64,000 bases of DNA from an uncultured Actinomycetota bacterium (GTDB lineage Bacteria > Actinomycetota > Actinomycetes > Propionibacteriales > Nocardioidaceae): positions 409,461-473,460 of the forward strand of contig CAVWTJ010000002.1 of the NCBI GenBank assembly GCA_963757695.1, given 5' to 3'. The notes below the pieces were generated by a model that was given only the letters and a program-made list of their open reading frames with translations, was not told the origin of the DNA and made no database searches. Position numbers and translations under genes: made by a program. Below, piece by piece: positions 31,212 through 42,498 of this stretch (position 1 is its first letter; the number at the start of each line of letters is the position of its first letter).

Positions 31212-32841
31212 TCAGCCGACGTCGACCGCGCTCCACGCGGCCGCGACCGCCCGGTACTGGGTGCTGCCCTGGCCGTAGAGGTCCTTCGCGGCGCTGAGGC
31301 TGCCGGTGCGCGCCTGGGCGTAGGTCGTGCCCGAGGTGAAGTACGTGGTCAGGGCGCGGAACCAGATCTTCTGGGCTGCGGCGCGCCCGATGCCCGCCAC
31401 CGACGAGCCGTTGCACGTCGGCGAGCGGTGCGCCCTGCCGCCGATGGTCTTGGCGCCCGAGCCCTCGGCCAGCAGGTAGAAGAAGTGGTTGCCGATGCCC
31501 GAGGAGTAGTGGACGTCGACGTTGCCGGCGTCCGAGGTGTAGCAGCTCAGCGAGGAGCCGTCGAGAGACGGGTCGTCCATGCGCCGGAAGCCGGTGCCGC
31601 TGGCCAGGTCGAACTCCTCACCGATGTAGTAGTCACCCGGGTCGTCGGGGTTGGCTGCGTAGAACTCCACCATGGTGCCGAAGATGTCCGAGGTCGACTC
31701 GTTGAGCCCGCCCGACTCCCCGGAGTAGGTCAGGTCGGCAGTGTTCTCGGTGACGCCGTGCGACATCTCGTGGCCGGCCACGTCGAGCGAGACCAGCGGG
31801 CCGTACGACGCGCCGTCGCCGTCGCCGTACGTCATCTTGGAGCCGTCCCAGAAGGCGTTGACGTAGCCGTTGCCGTAGTGCACCCGGCTGGGGGCGCCGG
31901 TGCCGTTGCCGAAGATGCCGTTGCGGCCCAGGACCTTCTTGTAGTAGTCGAAGGTCATCGCCCCGCCGTAGTGGGCGTCGACGGCCGCCGACTCGCGGTT
32001 GCCGGTCGAGCCGTTGCCGAAGCCGGCGTCCGGGCTCGTGAACGCCACCCCGTTGGTGCAGCGGACGCCGAGGAGCTGGCAGGCGAGCCCGTCCTGCTTG
32101 TTCTGCATGTCCGTGGTCCTCGCGTTGCCGTGCGCCGCATCGGTCAGCGTGTACGACGAGCCGCTCCTGGTGACCGAGATCGGCACGGTGCCGCTGTAGA
32201 GCGAGACCCCCTGCCCGTCGGCGGTGTGGATGCCCTCCTCGCGACGCAGCACGGTTCCGGACCTCGCGTCGACGTACGACGTCAACCTGCTGGGGGTGCC
32301 GTCGGACCTGGCGCCCGAGCGTGACGACCTCCCACGCCAGCCGGGGTGTGGCCGAACGCGCGTCGACGACCAGGCGCGGCGCCTGGTCGGCGGTGCGCAG
32401 GTTGCGGATCGACGCCGTGGCCCTGGTCGGGGAGAGCGCCCGGGACGCGGCCTTGGCGGTGCCAACCCTCGGCGTGACCGACAGCGTCAGCGGCGCCGTC
32501 AGGGTCTGGCTGACGCCGCGGAGCGTGGAGCTCGGGTCCTCGTGGACCACCAGGTCGCCCCCGATCACCGGCAGGCCCTTGTACGTGCGCTCCATGCGCA
32601 CGTGGGTCGCCCCGTCGTCGTCGACCATCGTGTCGGTGACGGTGAGCTCCTGCTCGACCGAGGCACGTGCCTGGCCGGGGTGCGCGGCCAGCGCGTCGAG
32701 CGCCGAGGCGGCAGCGACGGCCGGCGTTGGCGGGTCGCCCTTCACCCCCGGGCCGGGTGCAGCGGCGGCGACGTCGGTGGTGGAGATGGCCAGGGTGCCG
32801 GCAGCCAGGACGGCGGCGGCGAGGCCCAGAGATGTCCGCAT
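31212..32841 (-). CDS. Secreted M4 (thermolysin-family) metallopeptidase with FTP/PepSY propeptide, frameshifted
   Basis: Signal peptide; YKGLPVIGGDLVVH; NAFWDG; AGHEMSHGV; GGLNESTSD; DVHYSSG. Confidence 0.93.
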
Positions 32842-32856
32842 GGTTTCCTCTCGTCA

Positions 32857-33783
<927 letters not shown>

Positions 33784-33884
33784 CTAGTGGGGCGCCCCGG
33801 CGGAGACGCTCATCACGTCGAGGACGTGCGTTCGGGGAGAGGCGGTGAGTGAATGCGCGCCCCGCTTCTGGCAAGGTGGGGCCC

Positions 33885-34400
33885 ATGACGGCACAGACGA
33901 TCCCGGCGCGCATCAGGTGGGCGGTGGATTTCATGGATCCCCAGCCGGCCGACCACGTGCTCGAGATCGGGTGCGGGCCCGGTGCCGCGGCGGAGCTGAT
34001 CTGCGCACGGCTCGAGACCGGCAAGCTCTTCGCCATCGACCGCTCCGAGTCGGGAGTCGACCGCACGAAGCGTCGCAACGAGGAGGCCATCAAGGCAGGC
34101 CGCCTCACCGTACGTCAGATCGACCTCGCCACCCTGCGGGTGCCGGTCAAGCGCCTGCACAAGGTCTTCTCCTTCAACGTCAACCTCTTCTGGGTGCGCG
34201 ACTGCCCCGACGAGGTGGCCCTGCTCCACGAGCGCGTGGTGCCCGGTGGTGCGGTCTACCTGTTCTACGAGGTCACCCGCCGCGACCAGGTGCCGACCAT
34301 CATCAAGCAGGCCTCGGCCGCGCTGGCCCAGGGCGGCTTCCGGGTGTCGGTCGTGGACAACCCCCAGCCCCCCGTCGTCGGCATCATCGGCCGCCGCTAG
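33885..34400 (+). CDS. Class I SAM-dependent methyltransferase
   Basis: VLEIGCGPG, AIDRS, FSFNVN. Confidence 0.85.
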   Translation: MTAQTIPARIRWAVDFMDPQPADHVLEIGCGPGAAAELICARLETGKLFAIDRSESGVDRTKRRNEEAIKAGRLTVRQIDLATLRVPVKRLHKVFSFNVNLFWVRDCPDEVALLHERVVPGGAVYLFYEVTRRDQVPTIIKQASAALAQGGFRVSVVDNPQPPVVGIIGRR

Positions 34401-34438
34401 CGCCCGAGCCCGCCCCAGGGGTGGTGGCACGAGCCCGT

Positions 34439-34903
34439 CCCCGGTGGTTGAGGTGCGAGGAGCGCCAGCGACGAGCCGGCCCCCGGTGGTTGAGGTGCGA
34501 GGAGCGCCAGCGACGAGCCGTCCCCGGTGGTTGAGGTGCGAGGAGCGCCAGCGACGAGCCTCGAAACCACCCGTGCCGAGCACCAGCGACGAGCACCACA
34601 CCGACTCCCGGCCCACCAGGTTTCGAGGCTCGGGCCTAGCGGCCCTCACACCTCAACCAGCGGTGCAGCCAGCGCGACCTCCCCGGTGGTTGAGGTGCGA
34701 GGAGCGCCAGCGACGAGCCGCCCCCGGTGGTTGAGGTGCGAGGAGCGCCAGCGACGAGCCTCGAAACCACCCGTGCCGAGCACCAACCACGAGCCCGACA
34801 CCGACTCCCGGCCCACCGGGTTTCGAGGCTCAGGCGCCAGGGCGCCTTCACACCTCAACCACCGGACCGGCCGGACCGGGGGGCCCTCACACCTCAACCA
34901 GCG
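34439..34903. repeat. REPIN-like composite repeat array
   Basis: Five copies of CCCCGGTGGTTGAGGTGCGAGGAGCGCCAGCGACGAGCC (34439, 34481, 34522, 34681, 34722); inverted relatives GGTTTCGAGGCTC...CACACCTCAACCA at 34619 and 34819; 200-bp higher-order period. Confidence 0.93.
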
Positions 34904-34919
34904 TGGACGGCGGGGGTGG

Positions 34920-36255
34920 TCAGTCGAGGGGTGAGGGGCCGACGACCGCGAGGATCTCCGGCCGTGAGAAGACCTCGGCCGCGACGGCTCGCACCTCGTC
35001 GAGCGTGACCGCGTCGATCCGGGCGAGCACGTCGTCGATCTCGAGCAGCTCGTCGTGGATCAGCTCCGCGCGCCCCAGGCGCGACATCCGCGAGGCGGAG
35101 TCCTCCAGGCCCAGCACGAGGCCGCCGCGCAGCTGGCCCTTGCCGCGCACGCAGCTCCTCCTCGGTGATCCCGTCGGCGGCGACCTTGGCGAGCTCGGCA
35201 CGCACGGTCGCGAGCACCTCGTCGACCTTGCCCGGCAGGCACCCGACGGCGACCCCGACGATGCCGGAGTCGGCGTGGTGGGAGGCGAAGGAGTAGACCG
35301 AGTAGGCCAGCCCGCGCACCTCGCGGATCTCCTGGAACAGTCGGCTCGACGTGCCGCCGCCGAGTGCGGTGTTGAGCACGCCGAGAGCGAAGCGCTCGGC
35401 GTCGTCGCGCCGCAGGCCCTCCATGCCGAGCACGAGGTTGACCTGCTCGAAGGGACGGGTCGTCTCGACGTGGCCGGGCGAGACGCGGACCCGAGCCGCC
35501 CCGCGGCGCGGCGGGACCGGGCTCGGCGTCGCCGGCGAGGAAGTCACGGCGACCGAAGGAACGGCGTACGTGCGCGCACGCACGGCGGCATGGTCGAGGT
35601 TGCCGGCGACGGCGACGACCATGTTGTCGGGCCGGTAGTGGCGCTTGTAGAAGCGGATGATCCGCGCCCGGTCCATCGCGGTGATGGACGCGACGGTGCC
35701 GGCGATCGGGCGGCCGAGCGGCGAGTCGCTCCCCCACGCCTGCTCGGCGAAGAGGTTGTGGACGACGTCGTCGGGTCGTCGTCGTGCATCGCGATCTCGT
35801 CGAGGATGACCTCGCGCTCGGCCTCGACGTCCTCGCGCGGCGATCACCGAGCAGGTGATCATGTCGCCGATCACGTCGACGGCCAGCGGCAGGTCCTCGT
35901 CGAGGACACGGGCATGGAAGCAGGTGTACTCCTTGGCGGTGAAGGCGTTGAACTCACCGCCGACCTCGTCGAGGGCGACCGAGATGTCGAGGGCCGAGCG
36001 CTCGCGGGTGCCCTTGAAGAGCAGGTGCTCGAGGAAGTGCGAGGCGCCGTGCAGGGCTCCGGTCTCGTCGCGCGAGCCGACGTTGACCCACACCCCGATG
36101 GTCGCCGACCGGGCCCCCGCCATCTGCTCGGTGACGACCCGCAGGCCGCCCGGCAGCACGGTGCGCTTGACCCGCGAGGTCACCTGCCCCTCGCCGTCGC
36201 GCACCGTGGACAGGGTGCGCGTGCTCCCGATCTTCTGCGTCGCCACCTTCTGCAT
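34920..36255 (-). CDS. M16 (pitrilysin-family) peptidase, frameshifted
   Basis: VGSRDE, GASHFLEHLLFKGT (HxxEH), NAFTAKEYT, SSRLFQEIREVRGLAYSV; downstream of pnp. Confidence 0.93.
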
Positions 36256-36304
36256 CCTCGTCCTCCCGTTGGCGTGCTGGTCCCGCGGCCGTCGTGGCCC
36301 GCGG

Positions 36305-36349
36305 AAAACGACGCTGACCCGCCGCGAGTTCGTCGCGACGGGTCAGCGG
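36305..36349 (-). terminator. pnp terminator hairpin
   Basis: CGCTGACCCG...CGGGTCAGCG stem followed on the minus strand by TCGTTTT. Confidence 0.7.
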
Positions 36350-36355
36350 TGGTGC

Positions 36356-38584
36356 TCAGGCCTCGTCGGTGGGGGCCTCGTCGGCGCTCTCGGCGCCGTC
36401 GTCCTCGACGACGGGGACGAGCGACAGCTTGCCGCGGTCGTCGATCTCGGCGATCTGGACCTGGACCTTCTGGCCCACGGACAGGACGTCCTCGACGGCG
36501 TCGACGCGCTTGCCGCCGGCCAGGGCGCGGAGCTTGCTGATGTGCAGCAGGCCGTCCTTGCCGGGCAGGAGCGAGACGAACGCACCGAAGTTGGTCGTCT
36601 TCACGACGGTGCCGAGGTAGCGCTCGCCGACCTCGGGCATCGTCGGGTTGGCGATCGCGTTGACGGCCGCGCGGGCCGCCTCGGCGGCCTCACCGTTGGT
36701 GGCACCGATGTAGATCGTGCCGTCGTCCTCGATGGACAGCGACGCACCGGTGTCGTCCTGGATCTGGTTGATCACCTTGCCCTTCGGGCCGATGACCTCG
36801 CCGATCTTGTCGACCGGGATGCGCACCGTGATGATCCGCGGCGCGTGCAGCGACATCTCCTCGGGCTCGTCGATGGCCTCGGCCATGACGTCGAGGATCG
36901 CCAGGCGCGCGTCGCGGGCCTGGGTCAGCGCGGCAGCGAGGACCTCGGCGGGGATGCCGTCGAGCTTGGTGTCGAGCTGCAGCGCGGTGACGAACTGGCG
37001 CGTGCCGGCGACCTTGAAGTCCATGTCGCCCATGGCGTCCTCGGCACCGAGGATGTCGGTCAGCGCGACGTACTGCGTCTCGCCGTCGACCTCGCCGGAG
37101 ATGAGGCCCATCGCGATGCCGGCGACGGGAGCCTTGAGCGGCACACCGGCCTGCAGCAGCGACAGGGTCGAGGCGCAGACCGAGCCCATCGAGGTGGAGC
37201 CGTTGGAGCCCATGGCCTCCGAGAGCTGGCGGATCGCGTAGGGGAACGTCTCGCGGTTGGGCAGCACGGGGAGCAGCGCGCGGCGCGCGAGCGCACCGTG
37301 GCCGACCTCGCGACGCTTCGGCGAGCCGACGCGCCCGGTCTCACCGGTGGAGAACGGCGGGAAGACGTACTTGTGCATGTAGCGACGCGTCTTCTCGGGG
37401 CTGAGCGTGTCGAGCTTCTGCTCGAGGGTCAGCATGTTCAGCGTGGTGACACCCAGGATCTGGGTCTCGCCGCGCTCGAACAGGGCCGAGCCGTGGACGC
37501 GCGGGATCACGCCGACCTCGGCGTGCAGCGGGCGGATGTCGGCGAGGCCGCGGCCGTCCATGCGGATCTTGTCGCGCAGCACGCGGCTCGCGCATGAGGG
37601 ACTTGGTCAGCGACTTGAACGCGGCGCCGACCTCCTTCTCGCGACCCTCGAACTGGGCGACCGACCTGCTCCAGGAGCGACGACCTTGACGTCGTCGAGG
37701 GCGGACTCGCGCTCGAGCTTGTCGGCGATGGCCAGGGCCGGGATGGTCGCTGCGGACGCGGCGGCCTCGACGGCGGCGTAGACGTCGTCCTCGAAGTCGA
37801 GGAAGACCGGGAAGTCCTGGACCGGCTTGGCGGCCTGCTTGGCCAGCTCGGCCTGGGCGTCGCACAGCTGCTTGATGAAGGGCTTGGCGGCGTCGAGGCC
37901 ACCGGCCACGACCTCCTCCGACGGCGCGGTGGCGCCGTTGAGGACGAGCTCGTAGGTGTCCTCGGGGGCCTCGGCCTCGACCATCATGATCGCGACGTCG
38001 CCCGAGTCGGTGACCCGACCGGCGACGACCATGTCGAAGACGGCCTTCTCGAGCTGGCTGTGGCTCGGGAACGCCACCCACTGGCCCTCGATGAGGGCGA
38101 CGCGGACGCCGCCGACGGGACCGGAGAACGGCAGGCCCGAGAGCTGGGTCGAGAGCGACGCGGCGTTGATCGCGAGCACGTCGTAGGGCTGGTCGGGGTC
38201 GAGCGCCATCACGGTGATGACGACCTGGACCTCGTTGCGCAGACCCTTCTTGAAGGTCGGGCGCAGCGGCCGGTCGATGAGGCGGCAGGTGAGGATCGCG
38301 TCCTCGCCGGGACGACCCTCGCTACGGAAGAACGAGCCGGGGATCTGGCCCACGGCGTACATCCGCTCCTCGACGTCGATCGTCAGGGGGAAGAAGTCGA
38401 AGTGGTCCTTCGGGTGCTTGCCGGCCGTGGTGGCCGAGAGCAGCATGGTCTCGTCGTCGAGGTAGGCGGTCACCGAACCGGCGGCCTGGCGGGCGAGGAG
38501 CCCGGTCTCGAACTTGACGGTGCGGGTGCCGAACTTGCCGTTGTCGATAACGGTCTCGACGGCGGAGATGACGGGTTCTGTCAC
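36356..38584 (-). CDS. pnp: Polyribonucleotide nucleotidyltransferase, frameshifted
   Basis: [64 protein letters not shown] and S1 domains. Confidence 0.97.
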
Positions 38585-38672
38585 GTTGATCTTTCTGTTC
38601 GCGGTGCGATCCACGACTGCCGCGCACGCCCTCGAGCCCGGTTCGGGCCCAGCGTGATGCCGGCGAGGTGGT

Positions 38673-38741
38673 GGCCGATCTTCGATCGAGACCCGCTGGA
38701 GCACGGACGTGCTCCAGAAGGTCACTACCGAGGACCGGGCC
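38673..38741 (-). ncRNA. Actino-pnp cis-regulatory RNA motif
   Basis: Minus strand CCGGTCCTCGGTAGTG...hairpin...CGATCGAAGATCGG in the pnp 5' UTR matches my recollection of this Rfam family; no search run. Confidence 0.75.
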
Positions 38742-38837
38742 GGACGGTGGCGCGGATCGCTCCTGTGGATGTGTGTTCAGTTGTGGTCAGGTGGCGGCGT
38801 CCGCGCGAGGCGCGAGCCGCCCACCCCCTGAATGTAA

Positions 38838-38869
38838 CGAAGGGACCCACCGAACGGTGAGTCCCCTCG
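38838..38869 (-). terminator. rpsO terminator hairpin
   Basis: GGGACCCACCG-AA-CGGTGAGTCCC imperfect stem just after the rpsO stop. Confidence 0.6.
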
Positions 38870-38875
38870 CGTGTG

Positions 38876-39150
38876 TCAGCGGCGCAGGCCGAGACGCTCG
38901 ACGATCGAGCGGTAACGCTCGATCTCCGCCTTCTTAGGTAGTTCAGCAGGCGGCGGCGCTGACCGACGAGCAGCAGCAGACCACGACGGCTGTGGTGGTC
39001 GTGCTTGTGCGTCTTGAGGTGCTCGGTCAGGTGCGCGATCCGAAAGCTCAGGAGAGCGACCTGCACCTCGGGCGAACCGGTGTCGCCCTCGGTCGTGGCG
39101 TACTCGGCGATGATCTTCTTCTTCGTCGCTGCGTCGGTTCCGATCGACAT
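38876..39150 (-). CDS. rpsO: 30S ribosomal protein S15 (one base missing near 38935)
   Basis: [13 protein letters not shown]...[29 protein letters not shown]...RLGLRR. Confidence 0.97.
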
Positions 39151-39240
39151 GGCGGCTCCTTCTGGTTCACTCGTTGCGCGGCGCGCCGGGGCCTGTTCAC
39201 CCGGGCACTCTGGATCCGCGGCCGTTGCACGGCGGTCATT
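39151..39240 (-). promoter_or_regulatory. Probable S15 autoregulatory leader
   Basis: Structured GC-rich 5' UTR (CCGTGCAACGGCCGCGGA...GCCGCGCAACGAG) before the AAGGAG RBS; inferred from position and known S15 leaders. Confidence 0.4.
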
Positions 39241-39410
39241 CATGCGTGCGCCCTCTGCGCGTCGCGCTGGACGCGGTGGTGGGCAACCGTCAGAGATTAT
39301 CAGCGGGCGCCGGTCGCACCCAAACCGCGGCGTGGGGCCGGTCACGCCCGGTGCCGTACGGCGGCCCCGAGCGCGGGTGCCGGACGCCGGAGTCGGACGT
39401 GGGTGACAGC

Positions 39411-40224
39411 ATGCCCACATGGGGGCCGGAGGGAGACCGCAGGGGCCGTACGGCGGACGCCCCACGCCGCCTCCGGTCGACTGGTGGCCGGGGTCGTGGT
39501 CGGGCTGCTCGTGGTGATCGCGCTCGTGGCCTCCCGTACGACGCTCCTCGGCGACCGCCGTGAGCAGTCGAGCGGCACGCCCGGCACGGCGGCGCGTCCC
39601 TCGGCGCCGCCCGTGCCCGGCTCGGCGGCGACCGCCGACCGGGTGCGCACGCTGCTGGCCGAGGCCCGGGTGGTGGCACGTCAGCCCGACGTACCCGGCT
39701 ACGAGCGCGACTGCGGACCCGGCGACGGGTGCGTCTTCGGCACCGAGTGGACCGACGACAGCGACGCACCCGACGGGCACAACGGCTGCGACACCCGCAA
39801 CGACGTGCTCGGCGCCTCGCTCCTCGACGTGGCGTTCGCGCCGGGGAGCAACGACTGCGACGTGGTCGCCGGCCTCCTGCTCGACCCCTACACCGGGATC
39901 GAGATGGACTACGCCGGCGAGGGCTCACAGATCCACGTCGACCACCTCTTCCCGCTCGCCGCTGCGTGGGACCTCGGCGCCGCCGACTGGTCGTTGTCGC
40001 GGCGCACCCGGTTCGCCAACGACACCTCGCTCGAGCTGGTCGCGGTCCAGGGCACCGCCAACCTCCAGAAGGGCGACAGCACCCCGGCCAGCTGGCTGCC
40101 GCCGCGCCGGCCCTTTCGCTGCGCCTACGTGGCGGCGTACCTCGAGGTGGCCGTCGCCTACGACCTGGCGGTGACCGAGGCCGACGTCCGCGTCATCGAG
40201 CCGGTGGTCCGGACGTGGTGCTGA
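39411..40224 (+). CDS. Membrane-anchored/secreted HNH endonuclease (DUF1524-like); start uncertain
   Basis: N-terminal TM helix; [38 protein letters not shown]. Confidence 0.85.
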
Positions 40225-40276
40225 GTTGGTCGCAGCGCCCATATCGGCCGACCGCGAGTCGTGCCACGATGCGGAG

Positions 40277-42439
40277 GTGTCCGCCGTCGATCCCGCGCCC
40301 GCCCCGTCCACCCGCACCCGGCTGGGGGTCTGCAACCTCTGCGAGGCCATCTGCGGCCTCGAGCTGACGATCACCCACGGCGAGTCCGGCGACACCGTCA
40401 CGTCGATCAAGGGCAGCCCGAGCGACCCGCTCTCGCGCGGCTACATCTGCCCCAAGGGCGTGTCGCTGGCCGACGTCTACACCGACCCCGACCGGCTGCG
40501 CCGCCCCGTGCGCCGGACCGGAACGGGCGCGGACGCGACGTGGGAGGAGCTCGACTGGGACGTCGCACTCGACCTGGTGGCCGACCGGGTCTCGGCCACC
40601 ATCCGCGAGCGGGGCGGTGACGCCGTCGGCATCTACCTCGGCAACCCCAACGCCCACTCGCTCGGCTTCGGCACCCACGGCGCCGGCTTCGTGCGCTCCC
40701 TGCGGACCCACAACCGGTTCAGTGCCTCGACGGTCGACCAGATCCCCCACCAGCTCGTCGCCCACCTGATGTACGGCCACCAGCTCATGATCGCGGTCCC
40801 CGACCTCGACCGCACGTCGTTCTTCCTCGTCGTCGGCGCCAACCCGATGGCGTCGAACGGGTCGCTGATGACGGTGCCGGACTTCCCCCGGCGGGTCCGC
40901 GAGCTCAAGGGCCGCGGCGGGCGGATGGTGGTGCTCGACCCGCGTCGCACCGAGACCGCGAAGGTGGCCGACGAGCACCACTTCGTGAGGCCGGGCACGG
41001 ACGCCGCGGTGCTGCTCGCGATGCTGCAGGTCATCCTCACCGAGGGTCTCGCCCGACCGCCGGCGTACGTCGACGGGCTCGACCGGCTCGCCGACCTCGT
41101 CGCCGACGTCACCCCGGAGGTCGCCGAGCGGGCCTCGGGAGTGCCCGCCGAGACCGTGCGGGCCCTGGCGCGCGACCTGGTCGCGGCCGACGCCGGGGTC
41201 GTCTACGGCCGGATGGGGGTCTCCACCCAGGCGTTCGGGACCGTGTGCCAGTGGGCGATCGCCTGCCTCAACCTGGTGTCGGGCCACTTCGACCAGCCCG
41301 GAGGCGCGATGTTCCCCGAGCCGGCGGTCGACACCGTCGGCCGGCGGATCGCGAGCCCGGGACGCTACGACCGCTGGCGCAGCCGGGTGCGCGACGTACC
41401 GGAGTTCGCCGGGGAGCTGCCGGCCTCGGTGATGACCGAGGAGATCACCACCGCCGGCGACGGCCGGATCACGACGATGGTGACCGTGGCCGGCAACCCG
41501 GTGCTGTCGACCCCGGGGGGCCACGACCTCGCCGACGCGCTCGCCACCCTCGACTTCATGGTGTCCGTCGACTTCTACCTCAACGAGACGACGCGGCACG
41601 CCGACGTCATCCTGCCGCCGACGAGTGCTCTGGAGCGTGACCAGTACGACCTGGTCTTCCACGGCTTCGCGGTGCGCAACACCGCTCGCTTCACCCCGGC
41701 GGTCTTCGACAAGGACGACGACCAGCGCCACGACTGGGAGATCTTCGGCGAGCTCACCGCGCGGATCTCCGAGCGCCTGGGCGCTGCGCTGAGCGACGAG
41801 GCGTCGGCCGGGGCGGCGACCGCTCCTGCGGACCTGCTGACCCTGCTGCTCGACACCGGCGACCGCACCACCATGGCCGAGCTGCGCGAGCACCCGGAGG
41901 GGGTCGACCTGGGCCCGCTGCGTCCCACGATGCCGGAGCGCCTGCAGACCCCCGAGCACCGGATCGACCTGGTGCCGAGCCTGGTCACCGACGACCTGCC
42001 GCGGCTGCGGGCAGCGCTCGAGGCACCCGCGCCGGGCGCGGACGAGCTGGTGCTGATCGGGCGCCGACACCAGCGTGACTGCAACTCCTGGCTGCACAAC
42101 ACGACCCGCCTCACCAAGGGCAGGCCGCGCCACCACCTGCTGATGCACCCCGACGACCTGGCCGCGCGCGGCATCAGCGACGGGGACGTGGTCGCGGTCA
42201 GCTCGCGCGTGGGCCGCGTCGAGGTCGAGGTGAGCGGCGTCGACGACATGATGCCCGGAGTGGTCTCGCTCCCCCACGGCTACGGCCACCAGGTGGTCGG
42301 GACCCGGCTGGGCAACGCAGCGGCCGTCCCGGGGGTGTCCATCAACGACCTCACCGACCCGGCTCTGCTCGATGTCTCCGGCAACGCCGCGTTGAGCGGC
42401 GTGCCCGTGCGGGTCGAGGCCGCCACCTCGACCCCGTGA
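40277..42439 (+). CDS. Molybdopterin-dependent oxidoreductase (DMSO reductase superfamily) with N-terminal 4Fe-4S
   Basis: CNLCEAICG...CPKG; DPRRTETA; GNPVLSTP; DFYLNETTRHADVILP; MHPDD C-terminal domain. Confidence 0.9.
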   Translation: MSAVDPAPAPSTRTRLGVCNLCEAICGLELTITHGESGDTVTSIKGSPSDPLSRGYICPKGVSLADVYTDPDRLRRPVRRTGTGADATWEELDWDVALDLVADRVSATIRERGGDAVGIYLGNPNAHSLGFGTHGAGFVRSLRTHNRFSASTVDQIPHQLVAHLMYGHQLMIAVPDLDRTSFFLVVGANPMASNGSLMTVPDFPRRVRELKGRGGRMVVLDPRRTETAKVADEHHFVRPGTDAAVLLAMLQVILTEGLARPPAYVDGLDRLADLVADVTPEVAERASGVPAETVRALARDLVAADAGVVYGRMGVSTQAFGTVCQWAIACLNLVSGHFDQPGGAMFPEPAVDTVGRRIASPGRYDRWRSRVRDVPEFAGELPASVMTEEITTAGDGRITTMVTVAGNPVLSTPGGHDLADALATLDFMVSVDFYLNETTRHADVILPPTSALERDQYDLVFHGFAVRNTARFTPAVFDKDDDQRHDWEIFGELTARISERLGAALSDEASAGAATAPADLLTLLLDTGDRTTMAELREHPEGVDLGPLRPTMPERLQTPEHRIDLVPSLVTDDLPRLRAALEAPAPGADELVLIGRRHQRDCNSWLHNTTRLTKGRPRHHLLMHPDDLAARGISDGDVVAVSSRVGRVEVEVSGVDDMMPGVVSLPHGYGHQVVGTRLGNAAAVPGVSINDLTDPALLDVSGNAALSGVPVRVEAATSTP

Positions 42440-42445
42440 GGTGGT

Positions 42446-42491
42446 GACGTCGTACGGAGCGGTCGCAGCGGCGACCACTCCGTAGGACGTC
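42446..42491. terminator. Hairpin between convergent genes
   Basis: GACGTCGTACGGAG...GGTCGC-AGCG-GCGACC...CTCCGTAGGACGTC. Confidence 0.6.
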
Positions 42492-42498
42492 GGCGGCG

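Noticed and set aside
34439-34903. CRISPR array
   Set aside because: Repeats are separated by 2-3 nt or by duplicated spacers, include inverted copies, and there are no cas genes.
39411-40224. GmrSD restriction or homing endonuclease
   Set aside because: N-terminal TM segment, several cysteines and no GmrS domain fit the common exported DUF1524 nuclease.
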